Shown: positions 9,353-16,891 of the stretch, in pieces
Layout: each line of letters begins with the position of its first letter
Numbering within the stretch: the first letter of the stretch is position 1
Assembly (NCBI RefSeq): GCF_000354175.2
Contig: NC_022349.1
Coordinates: forward strand, 3,150,001-3,182,000
Length of the DNA: 32,000 nt
Direction: 5' to 3'
Source of the DNA: Vibrio alginolyticus NBRC 15630 = ATCC 17749
Lineage (GTDB): Bacteria > Pseudomonadota > Gammaproteobacteria > Enterobacterales > Vibrionaceae
The notes under the pieces: model-generated
Seen by the model: the letters and a program-made list of their open reading frames with translations, nothing else
Database searches by the model: none
Told to the model about the DNA's origin: nothing
Translations under genes and position numbers: made by a program

Positions 9353-9508
9353 TAGGGCTTGTTGAAATGATTTCAAGGGGAAGAAGTCAGATCAGTAGAA
9401 GGGTTTATCCCGTAACCGAAACACCCGATCCGATCATATTGATTACTGGGAAGATTATCTAACACGGTGTACTAGGGGGAGCAGTGCGAGGCTTGAAATT
9501 GAAGATAC

Positions 9509-9540
9509 AAAAAAGCCTTAGCTCAAGTGGGAGCTAAGGC
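9509..9540 (-). terminator. Intrinsic terminator after tRNA-Arg
   Basis: The minus strand reads GCCTTAGCTC-ccactt-GAGCTAAGGCTTTTTT, starting 7 nt after the tRNA CCA end. Confidence 0.9.
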
Positions 9541-9547
9541 TATGATA

Positions 9548-9624
9548 TGGCGCCCCCAGTAGGATTCGAACCTACGACCTGTCCCTTAGGAGGGGACTGC
9601 GCTATCCAGCTGTGCCATGGGGGC
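9548..9624 (-). tRNA. tRNA-Arg (anticodon CCU)
   Basis: My manual fold of the minus strand is GCCCCCA TG GCAC AGCTGGATA GCGC A GTCCC CTCCTAA GGGAC AGGTC GTAGG TTCGAAT CCTAC TGGGGGC G CCA. It is 77 nt with an encoded CCA, and the anticodon loop CU-CCU-AA gives the anticodon. The D-stem has one A:C mismatch. The ORF-track entry 9547..9735 is its shadow. Confidence 0.93.
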
Positions 9625-9799
9625 GTAATACCAATAGTTGCAGTTCATTGCACTGTTTTACTGAGTTCAAATCTAGCAATCTACCAGATCTGTATCAGCA
9701 TCACGTTGAACGATTCGCTACGGTCATTGGTATAATCAAATAAGATGCGCTGCCTATGATATTCAAAAGTGAGCATATCTCAAGACTTAATGTTTGCTT

Positions 9800-10933
9800 T
9801 TATAGGATCTTGTTCATTACGTCGCCAATTTGAACGCTAGATGCTAAATTTGGCTGATCAATCGTCAGTTCCGCTTCGTGTTCGTATATGCGTGATACCG
9901 TTAATGTAATTTCGCTTTGCGAGACTTTGTTTCTTGGCAATCCATTTTGGTCGATAAACGACGCGGTGTGCCAAAGCTGCAATTTGTCTCCCTCTTTTAC
10001 GCCGTGCATACGGCCGAGATCCATCGTTACGGTATTACCGAAGACTGCCACAACCTCTGGCAATGTAATTTTGCAAGACAGCTCCGACTCCAGATCCAAC
10101 ATAATATTGCGACTAACGCGAAGCATCATCTCGCCATAGGTCGATGCCCAAAAACGTGCACTACGAGTGTCCACTTGACTCGTCTTAGCAAATGGCCAAC
10201 GCGCGACCTCACGGTAGGCTTTGTTGAGGATTTTATGGCCAGTTTTACCATCAAATACTTTCATTTCTAACGCAAACTGACGATTGATGATGTCATCTTG
10301 CAATAGTTGAGATTCGACCGTTGCAGTGAGATCGGTTATGACCCCTCCAATGATGTATTGTGCGCCATTGTCTTGTGCGATCATTTGAGTGCGAGCAGGA
10401 TAGTTGCTGCTTATTGAGTAGTCCGTTGTACCAACAGACACAAAGCTGCGTGAGGTTTGATCAAGTTGACGGTTCACTACGTGGCTAAAATCGTCACCAA
10501 CTTGATAAATTTGTCCCATCACTGCTTGTTGTGGTGATGCGACCTCAATATTGCCGACCAGCATTGTCTTTTTGTATTGATCGGTGTGGCAACCCGTTGC
10601 CGATGGATAAATATCAACGCGGATTTTTACCTCGACTTTACCGCGACGTTTGCGTTCAGACTCGACCAAAATGTAACGGACTTCATGATTGGTAAACTGG
10701 TATTCGTTGCGGCTTTCTTCTAATAGCGGCATCAAGTTGCTAATACTGCCAATATCTGCGCCCGAAAAATTGACGGCTTTGAACAGCGCGTCTTCCAACG
10801 CATGGAGCCTTGCCGTCTCTTCTGAAGAAACGATGGTGGCAACGCCTGTGACTTCATACCAAGATGCCATTACCTTAAAAGGCACAAGCATCACTAAAGT
10901 GATTGAAAACAGACTGTTTAATATTTTTTTCAT
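9800..10933 (-). CDS. flgT: Flagellar H-ring assembly protein FlgT (periplasmic)
   Basis: It is 377 aa with a signal peptide (..FKVMA/SWYEV). It sits divergent from flgO-flgP next to flgNMA, as in described Vibrio loci, and length and context match FlgT as I recall it. Confidence 0.8.
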   Translation of the reverse strand: MKKILNSLFSITLVMLVPFKVMASWYEVTGVATIVSSEETARLHALEDALFKAVNFSGADIGSISNLMPLLEESRNEYQFTNHEVRYILVESERKRRGKVEVKIRVDIYPSATGCHTDQYKKTMLVGNIEVASPQQAVMGQIYQVGDDFSHVVNRQLDQTSRSFVSVGTTDYSISSNYPARTQMIAQDNGAQYIIGGVITDLTATVESQLLQDDIINRQFALEMKVFDGKTGHKILNKAYREVARWPFAKTSQVDTRSARFWASTYGEMMLRVSRNIMLDLESELSCKITLPEVVAVFGNTVTMDLGRMHGVKEGDKLQLWHTASFIDQNGLPRNKVSQSEITLTVSRIYEHEAELTIDQPNLASSVQIGDVMNKIL

Positions 10934-11019
10934 TGGTTACAACCGTTCGGGTATAAATATTGCTTTAACAAATTCAGTGAAGTTTGGTGGGTTTTTCTTC
11001 GTTAGGCAAACAAAGAAAA

Positions 11020-11034
11020 GCAAAGACTGTTCCA
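11020..11034 (-). promoter_or_regulatory. sigma54 -24/-12 promoter for flgT (TGGAAC-N5-TTGC)
   Basis: The minus strand reads TGGAACAGTCTTTGC, with exact GG-N10-GC spacing, about 85 nt upstream of the flgT ATG. Confidence 0.6.
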
Positions 11035-11102
11035 ATATTCACTTTCTTGGAAAGGAATTAATAAAGAACGGTATCACCTAAGATTATCTGGAGAATCAAA
11101 CC

Positions 11103-11741
11103 ATGAAAAAGTGGCTTGTCGCCGCATCGATGATGACGCTTCTGACATCGTGCGCGTACTCACCGATTTACAATGGTAAAGAACCGTACTCGGGAAGCCA
11201 GTTCATGCTGATGGATAGTCCGCGTCATACGATGGACTTTTTCATTGAGAGCATGACAGAAGACCTGATGGTTTCTAATGTGGCAGTATCAGCGCGGACA
11301 CCGATTGCGATTACCTCGTTTGTTGATCTACAAAATATGGATGCAACAAACTGGTTAGGTAACTCGGTCTCTGAAGGTTTTATCCATCAGTTTCAGCGCC
11401 GAGGGTTTAAAGTGGTTGATTTCAAAACTACGGGCTCTATTCAAGTGACGCAGCAGGGCGATTTTGCTTTAAGTCGTGATTGGCAAGATTTAGCTCAAGA
11501 GCAGCAAATTCAGTATGTACTGACCGGAACAATGTTGCGCCAAGAGGGCGGAGTGCTTGTCAATGCACGCGTGGTTGGCATGCAAAGCCGTGTAGTTGTA
11601 GCGACAGCGCAAGGTTTCCTTCCGGCTGACCGTATTGGGCGTGACTTAGATACGTTAAATAGCATCCGCACACAAGATGGTGTGTTGATTCGTTCTGACC
11701 CTACCATTCGTCAGCCGTACACTGTGATTCTCCGTCCATAG
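11103..11741 (+). CDS. flgO: Flagellar outer-membrane associated lipoprotein FlgO
   Basis: It has the lipobox LLTSC and a GGAGA SD. It lies immediately upstream of flgP, in the same arrangement as the described Vibrio flgOP operon. Confidence 0.75.
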   Translation: MKKWLVAASMMTLLTSCAYSPIYNGKEPYSGSQFMLMDSPRHTMDFFIESMTEDLMVSNVAVSARTPIAITSFVDLQNMDATNWLGNSVSEGFIHQFQRRGFKVVDFKTTGSIQVTQQGDFALSRDWQDLAQEQQIQYVLTGTMLRQEGGVLVNARVVGMQSRVVVATAQGFLPADRIGRDLDTLNSIRTQDGVLIRSDPTIRQPYTVILRP

Positions 11742-11750
11742 GATAGAAGC

Positions 11751-12182
11751 ATGAAGAAGTTATTATTTATTGTTGCCACACTGATATTGGTTGGGTGTCA
11801 GCCATTACAACAGATGCGTCAAGATGAAATCTTAGTTGCGGTGGGCTACGCTAGCGTCAGTGAGCAAACAGGCCGCACAGTAGAAGAAAAGCGTGTACGA
11901 GCAATGCGCGCATCAAAAATTGATGCTTATCGTGAGCTAGCAGAGCAAGTTTATGGCATGCGTGTTAGTGGACGTGCAGAGCTGCAAGACCAGCGTTTGG
12001 GTATTGAAAGCACCACTGGTGCCGTCGATGGTGTAATTCGTGGTGCAGAAGTTGTGCGTAGTTATCTTGTTGAAGACAGTTATGTGACTGAGCTGCGTCT
12101 GGATATCCGTAAGATGGATAAGCTACGTGATTATGGAGAAGTTCAGCAGGTGCCTGAGAAGCGTCAGCAAACCTTGTTTTAA
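11751..12182 (+). CDS. flgP: Flagellar lipoprotein FlgP (LPP20 family)
   Basis: It has the lipobox LILVGC. The LPP20-like core reads GYASVSEQ...RAMRASKIDAYRELAEQVYGMRVSG. Length is 143 aa. Confidence 0.8.
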   Translation: MKKLLFIVATLILVGCQPLQQMRQDEILVAVGYASVSEQTGRTVEEKRVRAMRASKIDAYRELAEQVYGMRVSGRAELQDQRLGIESTTGAVDGVIRGAEVVRSYLVEDSYVTELRLDIRKMDKLRDYGEVQQVPEKRQQTLF

Positions 12183-12212
12183 ACCATTTCACTAGACAGA
12201 TAATCTTTTTGA

Positions 12213-12244
12213 GCGGCTTATTGGTAACAATGAGTCGCTTTTTT
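12213..12244 (+). terminator. Intrinsic terminator after flgP
   Basis: GCGGCTTATTG-gtaa-CAATGAGTCGCTTTTTT: an 11-bp stem that includes two G:U pairs. Confidence 0.8.
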
Positions 12245-12284
12245 ATATCTACGTGAGCGCGGGAATTGAGGGTAGGAGTGACGT

Positions 12285-12710
12285 TTAAGCTTTTATATTG
12301 GTGCCAAGCGTCGAGATAGTGTGGGTTTTTCCGCCCGCATTGTAGGTCATGCCAACTTTGCCATGAGTTCGCTGAAGCATGTTGTTGAGTTTATTGAAGC
12401 TCAGCTGTGCGCGACTAAGCGATTCGCCATTTACTTGGTTAACTTGTTGACAGTCGAGGACGATCGATTGGATTTGAGCAACAACCTGACTTAGGTGCTC
12501 ATCTTCAGTAAGTTGATTGACGTGCGGGTGAGAGGCGATTCGCTGATCAGTTGTTCTGAGCTGATCAATGAGCGTCATCTTCTGTTTGGCAATGTTCTCA
12601 ATCTCGGTAGAGACACGCGCCGTTATTGCTTGTGTTTCTTGGCGTAAAACAGCGGAAAGTGCCTTAGCATTTTCTAGCTGGAAATTAACGAGATCGACTA
12701 ATGCTGCCAT
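12285..12710 (-). CDS. flgN: Flagellar export chaperone FlgN
   Basis: It is 141 aa, helical and Q/L-rich, lies directly downstream of flgM, and has an AAGGTAAG SD. Confidence 0.85.
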   Translation of the reverse strand: MAALVDLVNFQLENAKALSAVLRQETQAITARVSTEIENIAKQKMTLIDQLRTTDQRIASHPHVNQLTEDEHLSQVVAQIQSIVLDCQQVNQVNGESLSRAQLSFNKLNNMLQRTHGKVGMTYNAGGKTHTISTLGTNIKA

Positions 12711-12737
12711 AAAACACTTACCTTCGGCCTAAGCCAG

Positions 12738-13052
12738 TTAGCTTTTGCCTTGCAATTCGTTTTCAAACTTAATCATGTTGTCAGCCAATTTTTCAGGATC
12801 GACTTTGTATGAACCGTTTGTGATAGCTTCTTTGATTGCTGCAACTTTGGCGCTGTCATATGCCGGAGAAGCTGCCATATCCTTCTGGAGTTTACTGACG
12901 GCTTTACTTTGCTGGCTGAGTGATACTGCGTCTTGTTGCGCTGGCGCCTTTTTTGATTCTGTCGTGCTGGTAGCATTGGAATCGTTACGTGTAGGAGCAC
13001 GACTTGTTGTCGTCATCATTTGCCCTGAACGTATATTATCTATACCTGCCAT
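12738..13052 (-). CDS. flgM: Anti-sigma-28 factor FlgM
   Basis: It is 104 aa. The N-terminal half is disordered and S/T/A-rich. The C-terminal FlgM domain reads ..DSAKVAAIKEAITNGSYKVDPEKLADNMIKFE. Confidence 0.92.
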   Translation of the reverse strand: MAGIDNIRSGQMMTTTSRAPTRNDSNATSTTESKKAPAQQDAVSLSQQSKAVSKLQKDMAASPAYDSAKVAAIKEAITNGSYKVDPEKLADNMIKFENELQGKS

Positions 13053-13091
13053 GTTTAACCTTTGCCTTGTATCGTAATACTGGTATCCAGA

Positions 13092-13118
13092 CTATCGACC
13101 AGCGCAAAAATAACTTTA
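13092..13118 (-). promoter_or_regulatory. sigma28 (FliA) promoter for flgMN: TAAAGTTA-N11-GTCGATAG
   Basis: The minus strand reads TAAAGTTATTTTTGCGCTGGTCGATAG. This is TAAA-N15-GTCGATAG against the consensus TAAA-N15-GCCGATAA, about 40 nt upstream of the flgM ATG. Confidence 0.75.
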
Positions 13119-13168
13119 GTCATTTTTTGCATTTTTATTGATCAGTTTAAACACGCTACCAGTGGGTA

Positions 13169-13915
13169 TTAAAAATTAACAGTGATTTCCGCAATGTCAG
13201 TCACTATGCCTTCTATTATACGTTGTGACTTATCATTTTTCACTCTTACTTGATCGCCAGCTGAACCATCCTGCAATGCTGTGCCTTGCGTTGTGATCGT
13301 CATGCCAGAATTCACCGCTTTGATAATGACCTTTTCATTTCGGCATACCACACAAACATCATTTCTCTCTACGACATCGCCTAAACGAACATTACGCTTT
13401 AGCTTTGCCCCAACCACTTGATCGTAGCTAGAAAATCCATCTTTACGAAAGCGCTGTAGCTCGATCATGGAAGTGGTAACATCCGATGCGCTGACGATTT
13501 CTCCTCTCCCTAATGTTCGTGTCGCGACGATCATTGGTACTGATACCGAGATCCTCACAGGGACATAGACTTTCCAGTCATCCGGTTGGCATTCCACTAA
13601 CACATTGATGTTACTTCTCGTGCTGCTGGTGGAAGAGGCAGATGTATCTAATGGAACAGGGCAATCCGTTGCTTTTATTCTCGAGTCGATCTCTGCCGCA
13701 TTAACAGATAGCTCGCCACCATCAGGCTGATCAACCGTAGCAAGAATATGTTGTTCTGCTGCTGTTTTTATTTGCTCGATCTGATTATCTGAAGCTGAAT
13801 GAACAAAAAAGCTAAACATACTGAGCAAAATGCCGATAGACTTAGCGTACTTTGTAATTAGCGCTCTACATATTGTCATAGTCAATGGTGTCGAAGTGAA
13901 AGTGAAATACGCCAT
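13169..13915 (-). CDS. flgA: Flagellar P-ring assembly chaperone FlgA
   Basis: It shows an SAF/FlgA pattern (..VVGAKLKRNVRLGDVV.., ..GDQVRVKNDKSQRIIEGIV..). The start at 13915 is chosen for the GGGAGA SD 5 nt upstream. The alternative at 13879 gives a more typical 29-aa signal peptide but has no SD, and 13957 (ORF track) also has no SD. Confidence 0.85.
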   Translation of the reverse strand: MAYFTFTSTPLTMTICRALITKYAKSIGILLSMFSFFVHSASDNQIEQIKTAAEQHILATVDQPDGGELSVNAAEIDSRIKATDCPVPLDTSASSTSSTRSNINVLVECQPDDWKVYVPVRISVSVPMIVATRTLGRGEIVSASDVTTSMIELQRFRKDGFSSYDQVVGAKLKRNVRLGDVVERNDVCVVCRNEKVIIKAVNSGMTITTQGTALQDGSAGDQVRVKNDKSQRIIEGIVTDIAEITVNF

Positions 13916-13925
13916 ACTGTCTCCC

Positions 13926-13940
13926 TGGTATCGTGCTTGC
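13926..13940 (+). promoter_or_regulatory. sigma54 -24/-12 promoter for cheV-cheR (TGGTAT-N5-TTGC)
   Basis: TGGTATCGTGCTTGC has exact spacing and lies 50 nt upstream of the cheV ATG. Confidence 0.6.
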
Positions 13941-13990
13941 CAGTGGTAGAGTATCATTTAAAACAAAAAGTTTGAGATGGAGATGAGCAT

Positions 13991-14917
13991 ATGACGGGGA
14001 TTCTTGACTCGGTGAATCAGCGTACGCAACTCGTCGGTCAGAACCGATTGGAATTATTGACCTTTCGACTGATGGGCCGACAGCGCTACGGCATTAACGT
14101 ATTCAAAGTGAAAGAAGTACTACAGTGCCCTAAGCTGACTTCAATGCCAAATCTACACCCTCTGGTTAAAGGTATCGCTCATATCCGCGGCCATACCGTG
14201 TCCGTTATTGATTTGAGCCTGGCAATTGGTGGCCGCCCAACCACTGATTTAGATAAATGTTTTGTTGTTATTGCAGAATTTAACCGTACGATCCAAGCAT
14301 TTTTGGTATCATCGGTTGAGCGTATTATCAATATGCATTGGGAAGCGATTTTGCCACCGCCAGACGGCGCAGGTAAAGCGCACTATTTGACTGCCGTGAC
14401 AAACATTGACAATGAGCTGGTTGAAATCCTTGACGTTGAAAAAATCCTGGCAGAAATTGCGCCAGTTGATGAAACGATGGATTCCGCTATTGGCGAAGAA
14501 ATCGCACAAGCAGAGCAAGAAAAGCCTATTGTACGCCGCATACTGATTGCTGATGACTCGACGGTCGCGCGTAAACAGGTAGAGCGTGCGATTACATCCA
14601 TCGGTTTTGAGGTCGTATCTGTCAAAGACGGCAAAGAAGCGTACAATAAGTTGATTGAAATGGCTCAAGAAGGCAATATCTACGATCAAATTTCGTTGGT
14701 TATTTCCGATATTGAAATGCCAGAAATGGACGGCTATACCTTAACGGCTGAAATTCGCAGACATGCCGATTTGAAAGACCTTTATGTTATCCTCCATTCT
14801 TCATTAAGTGGTGTATTCAACCAAGCTATGGTTGAGCGTGTAGGTGCCAACACCTTCATTGCGAAATTTAACCCAGATGAGTTGGGTAACGCGGTTAAAT
14901 CTGCATTAACACAATAA
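13991..14917 (+). CDS. cheV: Chemotaxis coupling protein CheV (CheW-like domain plus receiver domain)
   Basis: The N-terminal CheW-like region reads LELLTFRL..QRYGINVFKVKEV. The C-terminal REC domain has ILIADDSTVARKQ and ..VISDIEMPEMDGY. Confidence 0.93.
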   Translation: MTGILDSVNQRTQLVGQNRLELLTFRLMGRQRYGINVFKVKEVLQCPKLTSMPNLHPLVKGIAHIRGHTVSVIDLSLAIGGRPTTDLDKCFVVIAEFNRTIQAFLVSSVERIINMHWEAILPPPDGAGKAHYLTAVTNIDNELVEILDVEKILAEIAPVDETMDSAIGEEIAQAEQEKPIVRRILIADDSTVARKQVERAITSIGFEVVSVKDGKEAYNKLIEMAQEGNIYDQISLVISDIEMPEMDGYTLTAEIRRHADLKDLYVILHSSLSGVFNQAMVERVGANTFIAKFNPDELGNAVKSALTQ

Positions 14918-14928
14918 AAGAGACATTA

Positions 14929-15756
14929 ATGACTGCTATTACAATCAGTGATCAAGAGTATCGTGACTTTAGCCGTTTTCTAGAATCGCAATGTGGCATC
15001 GTGTTAGGTGATAGCAAGCAATACCTCGTGCGTAGCCGACTGAGTCCTTTAGTGACGAAGTTTAAGCTCGCATCGTTATCAGATTTGCTACGTGATGTTG
15101 TTACAGGGCGTAATCGAGAATTACGAGTCGCCGCTGTGGATGCGATGACGACTAACGAAACCTTGTGGTTTCGAGATACTTATCCGTTCACGGTTTTAGC
15201 TGACAAATTATTGCCAGAAGTAGCGGCAAGTAAGCGCCCAATTAAGATCTGGTCTGCTGCCAGTTCATCGGGCCAAGAACCGTATTCTATTGCAATGACG
15301 ATCCTGGAAACGCAACAGCGCAAGCCGGGCTTGTTACCAAACGTGTCCATTACAGCCACAGATATTTCGGCAAGTATGCTCGAGATGTGTCGTGCAGGGG
15401 TGTACGACAACTTGGCTTTGGGTCGCGGGCTTTCACCAGAACGTCGTCGCACCTTCTTTGAAAATGCGGACGGTGGTCGCATGAAAGTCAAAGATAACGT
15501 CAAGCGTTTGGTGAACTTTCGTCCACAAAACTTGATGGACAGTTACGCACTGATGGGTAAGTTCGACATCATTTTCTGTCGTAACGTATTGATTTACTTT
15601 TCTCCAGAAATGAAATCTAAAGTGCTTAACCAAATGGCGAGCAGTTTAAACCCTGGTGGTTACTTGCTGTTAGGGGCATCAGAGTCGCTAACTGGTCTGA
15701 CTGATAAATTTGAAATGGTGCGCTGTAATCCGGGCATCATTTACAAGCTTAAATAG
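14929..15756 (+). CDS. cheR: Chemotaxis protein methyltransferase CheR
   Basis: It has the SAM-binding motif IKIWSAASSSGQEPYSIAM and ..FDIIFCRNVLIYF... Length is 275 aa. Confidence 0.95.
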   Translation: MTAITISDQEYRDFSRFLESQCGIVLGDSKQYLVRSRLSPLVTKFKLASLSDLLRDVVTGRNRELRVAAVDAMTTNETLWFRDTYPFTVLADKLLPEVAASKRPIKIWSAASSSGQEPYSIAMTILETQQRKPGLLPNVSITATDISASMLEMCRAGVYDNLALGRGLSPERRRTFFENADGGRMKVKDNVKRLVNFRPQNLMDSYALMGKFDIIFCRNVLIYFSPEMKSKVLNQMASSLNPGGYLLLGASESLTGLTDKFEMVRCNPGIIYKLK

Positions 15757-15776
15757 CGGTATCTCTTCATTGATAG

Positions 15777-15808
15777 AAAAGCCTGACTTCGTGTCAGGCT
15801 TTTTTGTT
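15777..15808 (+). terminator. Intrinsic terminator after cheR
   Basis: AAAAGCCTGAC-ttcgt-GTCAGGCTTTTTTGTTT. Confidence 0.9.
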
Positions 15809-15937
15809 TGTTACCTTTCTGCGCCGAGCGCTTCATGTATCACTCAATTAGTTGAAGCGCGTTTTTGCCTTGTGCCCTCAACACGGTGTATCTTTATTAA
15901 GTGAGCAAAGTGATACGACATGACATTCCAGTTACTT

Positions 15938-15952
15938 TGGCTCACTTATTGC
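15938..15952 (+). promoter_or_regulatory. Distal sigma54 -24/-12 element upstream of flgB (TGGCTC-N5-TTGC)
   Basis: TGGCTCACTTATTGC has exact spacing and lies 62 bp upstream of the proximal element. Confidence 0.55.
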
Positions 15953-15999
15953 TATTTCAATTCACGGTAACCACTAGGTTGGTGTAATGCTTTAGGTTT

Positions 16000-16014
16000 T
16001 GGCATGCTAATTGC
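16000..16014 (+). promoter_or_regulatory. Proximal sigma54 -24/-12 promoter of flgBCDE (TGGCAT-N5-TTGC)
   Basis: TGGCATGCTAATTGC lies 46 nt upstream of the flgB ATG. Confidence 0.75.
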
Positions 16015-16059
16015 TTTTTGGTTATCAATCACGGTCAGTTCTTAATTGTAGAGGCAAAC

Positions 16060-16455
16060 ATGGCTATATCTTTTGACAATGCACTAGGCATCCACCAGCA
16101 CACGGTGGGCGTACGTGAGCGCAATGCAGAGGTGATTTCCACCAACATCGCACAAGCAAACACGCCTGGTTACAAAGCAAGAGGTTTAGACTTTGCGAAG
16201 GAATTGCAAGCGGCAACATCTGGGGCAAGCATTGGTCTTAGTCGCACAGATGGTCGGCATATTCCTGCCACTACGACGTTGGTTGGGGACAAGTTATATC
16301 GTCTTCCTACGCAACCAGATACGGGAGATGGCAACACGGTAGACTTGGATTTAGAGCGTAACTTGTTTATGCAAAACCAAATCAGACACCAAGCATCACT
16401 CGACTTTCTAGGCAGCAAATTCAAGAACTTAACCAAAGCAATCAAAGGGGAATAA
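16060..16455 (+). CDS. flgB: Flagellar proximal rod protein FlgB
   Basis: It starts MAISFDNALGIHQ..NIAQANTPGYKARGLDF with a GAGGC SD. The ORF-track TTG start at 16018 is rejected. Confidence 0.95.
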   Translation: MAISFDNALGIHQHTVGVRERNAEVISTNIAQANTPGYKARGLDFAKELQAATSGASIGLSRTDGRHIPATTTLVGDKLYRLPTQPDTGDGNTVDLDLERNLFMQNQIRHQASLDFLGSKFKNLTKAIKGE

Positions 16456-16460
16456 TTTAG

Positions 16461-16874
16461 ATGAGCTTATTTAACGTTTTCAATGTGACAGGTTCCGCAA
16501 TGAGCGCTGAATCCGTTCGTCTGAATACTACCTCAAGCAACTTGGCGAACGCCGACAGTGTCAGCAGCTCTGCGAAAGACACTTACAAAGCGCGTCATGC
16601 CGTGTTTGGTGCAGAGTTAAGTAACGCCATGCGTGGCGGTGATACGGTGCCAGTGAAAGTGATGGGTATTGTAGAAAGTGATAAACCGCTGAGTGCGGAG
16701 TACAACCCAGACCATCCCCTTGCAAACGAAGAAGGCTACATTTACAAGCCTAACGTCAATGTAATGGAAGAAATGGCAAACATGATTTCAGCTTCTCGTG
16801 CATACCAAACTAATGTACAGGTCGCTGATTCTAGTAAACAAATGCTGCTGCGTACGCTGCAGATGGGTCAATAA
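16461..16874 (+). CDS. flgC: Flagellar proximal rod protein FlgC
   Basis: It reads MSLFNVFNVTGSAMSAESVRLNTTSSNLANADS... and ..SASRAYQTNVQV... Confidence 0.96.
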   Translation: MSLFNVFNVTGSAMSAESVRLNTTSSNLANADSVSSSAKDTYKARHAVFGAELSNAMRGGDTVPVKVMGIVESDKPLSAEYNPDHPLANEEGYIYKPNVNVMEEMANMISASRAYQTNVQVADSSKQMLLRTLQMGQ

Positions 16875-16891
16875 GGATAAGGGGGTAGCGT

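Noticed and set aside
9547-9735. 62-aa plus-strand ORF (MAPPVGFEPTT..)
   Set aside because: It is the reverse-complement shadow of tRNA-Arg(CCU). The GFEPT peptide is the classic signature of a T-arm read in the wrong sense.
8648-9800. Genomic island or prophage remnant integrated at tRNA-Arg
   Set aside because: I found no integrase, no transposase and no direct repeat of the tRNA 3' end (for example GGTTCGAATCCTAC..) anywhere between ompA and the tRNA. Only one small ORF is present. The idea survives only as a weak origin hypothesis for the 168-aa protein.
10949-10963. GGGTAT-N5-TTGC as a sigma54 promoter for flgO
   Set aside because: GG/GC spacing is correct, but the -24 half is poor (no TGGCAC-like context) and it sits 16 bp from the flgT start codon. 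It is mentioned as unresolved and not called as a feature.
16018-16059. N-terminal extensions in the ORF track for flgB (16018), ompA (7625), flgK (23849), flagellin 1 (27433), flagellin 2 (29061), copA (3131) and flgA (13957)
   Set aside because: Each extension begins at a non-ATG or SD-less codon. It adds residues upstream of the universally conserved N-termini or signal peptides, while the internal ATG has a good SD.
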